Positions 1 to 9,000 of a DNA stretch of 13,437 nt are shown here, one piece after another. Each line of letters starts with the position of its first letter. Positions within the stretch are counted from its first letter, which is position 1. The stretch is from positions 1,314,007 to 1,327,443 of the forward strand of contig CAJINV010000019.1 in the NCBI GenBank assembly GCA_905178155.1, read 5' to 3'. The notes below the pieces were generated by a model, which did no database searches, was not told where the DNA came from, and worked only from the letters and a program-made list of their open reading frames with translations. Source of the stretch: Amoebophrya sp. A120 (Eukaryota; Protista; Dinoflagellata). A program made the translations under genes and the position numbers.

Positions 1-31
1 TTTCCAGACCCAGACATTTTTACATTTGATA
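1..31. mobile_element. Introner A0 (family A), right TIR only, truncated by window start
   Basis: TTCCAGACCCAGACATTTTTACATTTGATA at 2-31 matches family A right ends. Confidence 0.85.
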
Positions 32-32
32 T

Positions 33-78
33 TTAACATATTTCCGCCCCTGTCGGGACATCAGCAGGGTTACTACGT
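33..78 (+). CDS. Gene 1 exon 1 in window (LTYFRPCRDISRVTT)
   Basis: Lies between elements A0 and A1; open in the frame that continues into exon 2. Confidence 0.7.
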
Positions 79-3000
79 TATCAACTGTAAAAATGTCTGG
101 GTCTGGAAGAATTCATGTTTGTCATGCTTTTCTGGCATGAGTCTTAAATCTGTGATGCACGTTACCCAAGAGCTCCGTTTTTCTGTGATGCAGAAGCGCA
201 GTTTGTCATGCAGAATAGGCAACACCTAGGAGCTCAGAAACTTGTCATGCTGAGTCAGTATTCGTAGCCTCATCATGAGACGCCATCCAGCATCACAAGT
301 TTCCAGACCCAGACATTTTTACTCTTGATATACGTTCATTCCCGGCCCACTGTTCTACTTGTGGTCCGTCGCAGCTTACCTACTCTACCGCGAGTGGACA
401 ACGGCTCTTCTACGTGCTCCTCCGGTGCTAGAAGGAGATGGAACAACGACGAGGACGACCTTGGATAGTTTCAATTCTAGTGGTCATGCCAGTCCGGGAT
501 CGTATTTTTTTGTCTCCGCCGCCTCGGCCGCCTCGCACGTGGGCACCACTACACGCACGGCGCGCGAGATGAATCGCGAGGGGGCCCGTTACCGCACACC
601 CTCGAGTGAAAAGCTTCACGCCGAAAACGGTCGTTTCGATGACTGGGCGATCGCGGCTGCGTCGGCGATGCGCACACTGCCCGGATGCAACGCCAGTCAC
701 GAATATTTGAGGAACGAATTGCGCAAATACCACCCTTATCAACTGCAAATATGTAGTTATTTGAATGCTCCTCTGGAAGGCGGCTGGTAGTAATATCCTG
801 TGATACAACACGTTTTAGATCATACAAAATGAAATCCCTGTCAAAATGTGCATGGACAGCAAGACTAATAGTCCGTTTCCACCGACACTATCTGGACTTT
901 GTCATGCGGGGTACTAGGCATTGATAAACCTCCTCAAAACCTTTTTCGCTATTGCTATTGCACGTCAGCCGTGGGCTCATAACTCTGTAGAAAAGTCCTC
1001 GACGGGCTCTCAACATAACTCACTTCATCAGTGAGTTTATTGCCAGTAACTAGTTATCGACCTGAATAACTCATAACTGTGCGGGGACAAGCTAGCTATC
1101 GGGTTCACGCACCCGCAGCTGCAGTTCATGCAGGACTGATGTCAGTGCCTTACATGCTCCAAGATGATCAGAGAGGTCCAGAATGATGTAGATGGGTCTA
1201 GAGGATCAGCAGTAGGATCATGAGTAGGATCACAGGTGGACTAGAAAGATCCAGCACACGACGGGGAAATCTGCACGGCGCATGTGGCGTCACAGATGAT
1301 CGCGAACTCAGGAAAGTAGTAGCGATGTTGTCGTGGCACGCGGGGCCACGCGCAACCATCTCAGGAAATGCCGACACAGGATATTCAGGCCTACTAACTC
1401 TCTTCGCAGAGAGAGGTCGATCAGGAAACTCTTGTGGGTCTGTCGTGGCGCGACCAGGCACAAACCACACTCACAACCATGACAATGGACATCAAGGGAA
1501 CATAGTGCCAGAATGGCTTCAGGTATGAAGCCAGTAGTAGGAAGAATCATATACATTAGAAATCCGTAGTACCATGACCATGAGGGTACCTCGATAGCTT
1601 AGGAGTGTTCTCTCTGGTTGTAGGACGGCATGTAATCGCTCACGCGACAGTCCTCGACGTTGGCGCGTCCACATACGCTCTTGCGTTCTTAGTAAACATC
1701 CAGAACAAGGCGCATGACAAACACGACATGGAGATGAGTGTACTACAACTTCCACGCCCAGTCAACTACATCTTTGCAATCCATAACCCGCGTCACACGA
1801 CTGACCAGCAGGTTTTGGGGTACGCCCCAGGACCAGAGACGCATGCTCCAGGAGCAGAACGACCACAGAGGGCTTTGCGCAGCGAAGAAGAAGAAGAAAG
1901 AGAAGAAGAAAAAGCCCTTATGTCTACGGCCAGTGACCGGATTGGCGGATCAAGTGACTCCGTGACCAAGGAGCCCACAGACGTGAGCGAGCTGACGAAT
2001 GATTTTCAGCGGCTGAGCCTGCACCACGCCCGGAATCTCTATCGAAAGCTGCACAAAGAAATCAAGGATGACAGATTAACGAAGCGGGATTTTGCGGCGG
2101 GACCTCGGCTCCGCGTGTTAGAAGTTGTAAGCCGACATAAGTGCCGGCGTTTTTTGGAGAGCACGGAGCATCAACGCGCTGTGCGCGAGATCCGGGGTCC
2201 AGCGCCGGAGCGGAGCATCTGGCCTTGGGCAGCGGACATGGAGTTAATGCAGGCGGAGGAAGAACAAAAAGAAAAAAGTACAAAACAAAAAGGAAAACCT
2301 CTGCCCCTTCTTGCGGAGCCGTGGACGCGGCAGGCCCAGTACAGAAAGTGGGGAGAGACCGGGCCAAGGCCAATGCCGCAAGAGCAGGAGTTCAACGGTC
2401 CTGGGGACATGGTGCCAGTGGTTGGAACATCTCGGGGCCGAGATGAATACTACCGGGAAGAAAATCGTAGTGCGCGGGAGAGGAAGGAAAGCAACGCCCA
2501 CGACCTTGCTCAAAAGGCGCAAGAGGTTGGTAAGAAGAAACTCGCGGAGTTCCGCACGGCGGGCAAATCAATACGGGACGAGCAGCTGGCCGCCTTAGAC
2601 CAGGAGGCCGAGCACCTGCCCTGCTGGTGCTATCACGTCGAGCACATGCGCGTGAAACAGGACCAGGTCGACGACGTCCGCAAACTGTTCGCCTACGCGA
2701 GCGCCGGATTCTCGGCCCGGCCACTGGTGAGTCTGAGCGGGATTTGGGTTATCAGGAACGCCCGGCGAGACGAGTATTGGCGGCAATTCCTGCATTCCCG
2801 GAAGTTTGTGGATCCTCTCGCCGGTGCTTCTACCACTGTTTTACAGCACTACGATGTGTATGTACTGCAAATATCGATCTGGGTCTGGAAAGTTGGAATG
2901 CTTGTTTACGAATCGGAAGCCAATGCACACACAGCCAAGCATGTCAGATTTTTCTCTGTGTGGTTCTGTGTTGCGTAGTCCGCATGGGAAACTGCGTTTG

Positions 3001-6000
3001 TGCGTGACACGAGGGGCATGGGAAAGAACTGTGCGGAGACTACAGAACCACGAGGGGCATGCCAAGTACTTATGCATGAAAGGTCTTGGAAGTGGAGCCA
3101 ACGTCTAGATCCAGACACTTATTTGCGTTTGACACTGTGGCTACGGACGTCGCGACCTTCCGGGGCGAGTCTCTTCCAGGGGAGAAAAATCCGACCGCTA
3201 CTGTTGCGGACCTCGTGGCGTATGGTGTCCTTGGTCCCTCTGAAAACAGGCATGCTTTTGAGATCACGATGTTGCGGCCTCTCGTGGCGGTGCTGTCACC
3301 TTCGACCACACGCGGTGCGACGTCGCCGTGGCGCCAGCCGTCAACTGCACACCAGGTTTTGCGTTGGCACGTGCTGGGACCGCATGGGGCGAAATTTTGG
3401 TCGTTGCCTCTGTCTCGTCATTCGGGTCAGCACACTGCTCCTACATCCCCCGAGGAGTCCTCGCTGTCGCCGAGCAGTGGCGCCAGTGCATCGTCGTCTG
3501 CACCAGCGTCTTCAACCGTCGCGGGCGACGGGTCCGCGCCTGAGCAACATTCGGGAGATCCGAACCAAGAATTCCTAACCGCCGCAGCTCAGTTCGAGGC
3601 CCCGGATGACCACGGGTTTGTCAGTGTGGCCCCGTTCGACACTGCCGCGTGGGCCTTGGCAACGGCCTCCGCCACGGGGGCGAAGCGTGTAGCGATGTAT
3701 GCATTGCAAACATGTCTGGGTCTAGAAACACAAACATGTAAACTTCTGATGCGCATTTGAGACCAGTAGAAAAAAATCTGTCATGCATGGAACGCAAAAG
3801 TTGCTCATTTCTTGTCACCAAAAGAGGGACAAACTTGCCATGGGGATAATTAGGCATCGCTTAACCTCCTCAAAATCTGTGTTGCTAGGACTTACATGCT
3901 ACACCTTCTGTGCCATGCACAAACAGCATCACACTCTTCCAGACCCAGACATGTTTGCATTTGATAAGATTAGTAGAGCGACTGCGACGACTTTTCCTGC
4001 TGGGCTTGAACCACGCGATGACGGAATAAAGGATCTAGAGCTTAGTACAGCCACCAACATCATCTTCGACCACACGGACGCGTTGAGCTTCGACTTGCCC
4101 GGCTTGCGGTCTGGCTTCCTACGCTCCAATATCAAAACGAAAAATCCCCCCTCCCCATATCGAAACAGTATGAGTCCGAAAATTTGTGTTGCTGATTTGA
4201 GACCACAAATCACGTCTGTCTTGCAAGAAGACAAGTGCAGGGGCTTCCGGGCCATTATGGAAGCGATTTGACATGCTGCCGGGCCTAGGGGGCAGCCGTT
4301 TGTAATTCCAAACAACTAGACCCAAACGCGCCTACCTAGGCTGAGGATCTGGCTGCGATGTCTTACTGCAAGACAGCGAGAGTTTATTTGTGTACGCAAA
4401 TCCAGCGCCACAAATTTCCTTTTTGATATCGGGAGGGCGGATTTTTCCTTACGATATCCAAACGCGAAGAGGTGCGCGAGAACCCGTTTTACCTGTATTT
4501 CAGCAACGGCACGAATGTCTATGGGATTCTCAATCTTGACATTCTCAACTGTTACATGAATTTGTCATGCAGAAGCACCATCATCATCCTCACGATCAAG
4601 CTGCTCCGCATGACAAATTTGTGAAGGCCTAAACCGTGCCTAAATCTGTGCGGAATTTGTAATGCTACAGATGCAACCTTCCCCCTTCCACTTTTCCCAT
4701 TCTTGCATCACAGGTTCATGTAACAGTTGAGAATGTAACAGTTGGGAACGCCATAATGTCTTGGCCCACTTTCGAGCCATGGAGCGCGTCGGTCAAACGG
4801 TCGGGGGGGCAGCACCACGAACAACACCCTATACGCAGCATGGCGAAGCAAACCGGTTCTACTCACCGTGGTCCTATTTGACCTCTCTGCGGCTGTACCC
4901 GCACGCGGACATGACTGTGCGAGAGCTGGAGGAGGTGGCGCGGGAGGAGGTTGGCACCGACGAGCTGCGCCAGTGGTCGACTCGGCACAGACCACTCGCG
5001 GCACCCACGGTGTGGGAGTGGCAAGAGGCCGCGTCTGGAAGGGACACCTCCGTGTATAAAAATCACGAGACCCCGCAGCTCCCGCCGCCGCGGTTGAGAA
5101 ACTTGTTGACGAAGATGCCGCGCTTGTTTGCCCAGCTGACGGGGAAAATTGCGTATGTCTGCGTGTCCGATCTAACCCGACCGCAGTGCCGAGCGGCGCG
5201 GGGCCGCGATGCGCGTGGGGAGACCATGGACACAGGGATCATGTCTATGCAAGAAAAAAACTGTGTTAGTGTAACTATCTTTGGCTGACAGCATCACAAA
5301 TTGCTCTACATGACAGAGAAAAGCTGTCATGCGTGGCCTGTAAGGGAAAACACACAGGAAAAGAAAACTTCGTGGCTGTCTGGCATGACAGGTGTAACTC
5401 TGTTGCGTGTGCTGCATTACAAAGTTACACTTACACACTTTTTTTCTTCCATAATGTCGTGGGCCGACATGGAGGACGAAATGGATCGGTTTTGGCAAGT
5501 CAACATGGCAGGAGCGAAGAAAGTAGAAGAAGCTTCGGGTGCGCTATGGCATGAACACAAAAAAGCCGTGCTCAAGGCCTACTTGGAACGGCGCCGATTC
5601 GTGGAACGCCAGCACTGCCACTGCGTCCAGCGACTCGCCTATGATCCAGCGGATTTTCAGTGGGCCGTCTACAATCCGAACCTGCATCTGAAACTGAAAT
5701 TAGCGGCGAGTTCTTTATCTGCGATTTCTTTATCTGATATTTCTTTATCTGCGAGCGAGCAAGCGCAACGAGCGCAAGCGGCCGCTTTTTGCCAGGAGGA
5801 GCAGAAGGCCAGTGCCAGCACACGGTTCCTGTACTTTGTTCGGGGTAGAGCAGGAGCAGAGAGTCCGGACACCTACGTGCGGCGGAATTTTCGAGTCGTG
5901 CTGTCATCTTTGGACGAAAATGAATCTTCGAAGACGATGAACCCCGCCGTCGACGGCGTTTGCTTGATGCGGTTACCGGAAAAAACGGCCGAAAGTAGCC

Positions 6001-9000
6001 ACTTCTGTGTCGCGGGGGATGCGGAATTCACTCTGTTAGATTCACCGCGGGGCTGGAGTAGTTCATTCCGACAGACCCGCGCCCTTGCTGAGGCGTTCGC
6101 CTTTCGCGGTACCGACTGGTGCGAGTCTGCTTCAAGGAGTACTAAAACTACAGATGCGTTTATCAAACAAAAAAAGTTCGTCACGATCACTCATGGGCAT
6201 TTTTGCAAGACAAAACTGTCTGTCATGCGTAAAAATGCATCACAGCCACACTTCGAGAGGGATTTCCCTAGTGTTTCTGCAACACAAGGAGAAGTTGTGA
6301 TGCAAAAAAAGATTTGTAATGCAAAACCTGCAACTTAGTGACTGTGACAAACTTTTTTCTCTCCATAGCGTTTCAGTTTACCAACGGGTATAACAAAGGG
6401 CTCGGGTTGCCGCCGGTCCGGGCAGAGATCATGAACCAGGTCGGCGGTGGTCTCCTGCATGGGGATTCGAACCTCGTCCAGTGGTCTTCCGTGCTGGAAC
6501 ACTGCCACTGCGTGCAGAAACTGGAATTCGACCCGTTCGACTATTTGTGGAAGGTCTACGCCCCCACCGCGGAAGACATTGGCAGAACAGATGGCGCCGT
6601 CACGCCGCTACTGCAGGAGCAGTGGTGCTTGGCGCAACAGAAGAAGGGTAACGCGCACCCGTGGTTTGTGCTCTTATATCGGAACCCGAGTAAAGAAATC
6701 GAGGCTTTTCCCCTACTCAAGTCCGCATTTTTTAGTGCAGCTGCATCGCAGGAGCAGTCCTCTGGTGCGTCCTCAGAACAAGTGCCAGGTTATAATTTAA
6801 GTAACGGTTCAGTTCGGTTTAAGATTAAAGCACACACGGATTTAAGTGGCGGAAATAATGGTAGCCGGGTGTGCCTGCAGCGTGTGCGGCAGCGGCGCCC
6901 CTCAGATGAGGAAGGTTTGCGGTACAGACAGCCGGATACGCTGAAGTTTCACTTTCAGAATGATTTCTGGTTCCGGAAGAGTACTAAGGGTAGAAGCGCA
7001 CGACCAGGCTACGATTTCTCACGGGCAGAACCCCACTTTTTCTCCGTCGCTCCATCCTACGTTTTCTCCTCTCCGAGAGAAATTTCGCTGCACGACAAGT
7101 TTGACGAGCAGTGGTGGCTGTGCGATGCGGAGACCCGCGAGCAGCGATTTTTCGACAAGGTTAGATTGTGTCCGTCCCGCGAGCCGCGATGTTTTTGGTC
7201 CTATAGAGATATCGGACGTAAACGACTGGAAACCAAAATCGTGATGGAGGGTTGTCGAGCACGTGGTGGGTCACCGCCTGGTCGTCCCCCGTTAAGCACT
7301 GGGCGGTATTTTTCGCTGGAAGAGAACCCACTGTATTCGGCAGAGAAACCGCCTTATTTCTCGCGGACCTTGGGGCGGTGGTTGATTGTGGTGGCGAGGA
7401 TGTTGCAGCTAGAGTGCTATCCTGTGCAAAACTGCTGAAGTTGATGATGTTAATGGCGTGGCTGTGACACTGGGGGCTCTTCTCGTATGAGCATAAGAGC
7501 ATGATAAGCAGAAGCTCAAGTTTATGACAACTACTACTTAGGAGTCTTCTGATACATTTGCTTTGCATGGCGGCAAGGCAGGGCTCCGTGAGTATTTTGC
7601 TTGCAGCTTCGGAGTCATCATGTGTCGCTGTATATGACCACAAGATATATGACCACAAGATCATGTACCACATCCACAGGTTGCACGTGATAGCACCCCT
7701 GAAAGAGAGTTCTTGGAAACCGCACCCTGTGACGCGGATTCCCGACGATGGACCGACCACGCTATGGATCTGTATGGCCGCGGGCCAAGCGCAAAGCTTC
7801 GGCGCCATCGGGTGGAACAGGATAGGCGTTTTCGTGTTGACTGCGGTAACGACGCTTTTTCTTGGCGTTTTTGTGTTGACTACTTTAAAAGGAGTTTGAT
7901 GTCTTCCACCACACTACGTGACGAAGCCAGCGATCACATGCTAAAGCAGTTGAAGCGCAAGGATTGCCTACTATACAACAATTCTTGTCCACTGCCAGCG
8001 TTTGAGCGGGCAGAAAGTGAAAGTCCCGAGGAGGTATTGGACGAGGCAACAGGCTGCGATGAAGATGAACTACAAATAAATCGGCTGAAAATAAACCCCG
8101 CCTGCAAGTCCGAGGCCTGCGCGCGCGCGTTGGCAGCTTGGAAGGAAAAGTTTAAGGCGGAAGTCTTGCCGCAATGGATGGAGGCAGAATTCAGAAAATT
8201 CTGGACGCAGTATTGGGCTAAGGCCGTTGCGAGGGGGCCTGACGAACTGCACGAAATAAATTCCTGCACCGACGACCGGCATCACCGAATCGCTCCAATT
8301 GCCGAAGTCCACGAAAATACAGCTCGCGGCCAGTTGTCTCTTCCGAAACTACCTGTTCTGGCGAAGAGAGACGAATTAGAGCGCCCTTGCTACGAGTACT
8401 TTCTGTGGAAGTCTGGTGTGTTGTACAAACTAGCCCGTTTTCTGTTCAACCTGCGAATTCGTTCAGAATCAGAATTGGACAGGTGGGACTGGTGGCACAA
8501 AACTGATTTGCCTGACAAAACTCTCGTTGCCGATCCTGTCACTGGTCGCGTACGTCAAGAGGTCCTGCTCGACGAGAGGGACGTCGGGAGGCTACTGCAC
8601 CATTTCGTGCAGCAATATTTTCCGGTCGAGCTTAAGCACCTCGCCGAGGGGATGCTGCAACAAACGGGCTGTGGGGATCATAGGTCGGGCCTGCAAAGGG
8701 GCTCCTGGTCCTTTGCGTCCCCCTCGTGCAATGAGGGTACAAGTTATCTACAGGAAATTTATTCCCGTACACGTACAAATGCAGTTTCTGCATGAAAAAA
8801 CTGGGCTTCGTTCCTAGTTTAGCATGGCAAGTGTTCTTACGCTCCAAATTGGTGAAATTTGTGATGCATCTTGTACATGTACTACGGGGCATTTGTATTG
8901 CATACAACTTCTGGTGAGGGTCCTGCGCTGAAATCGTCGAGTGGTGGTGCGGCCTCGACGCCGGGCGGTAGCGGCTCAGATCCGTCTGGTCCTTCTGGAA

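Noticed and set aside
1220-1528. 102-aa ORF inside long element L as a transposase or maturase
   Set aside because: It is short, begins in a tandem repeat and has no recognisable motif.
4756-5461. ATGTC(T/G)TGG after elements C and D1 as element-supplied start codons
   Set aside because: The ATG is part of the ATGTC TSD. At 4756 it is out of frame with exon 7, so the match is most likely coincidence or mild target preference.
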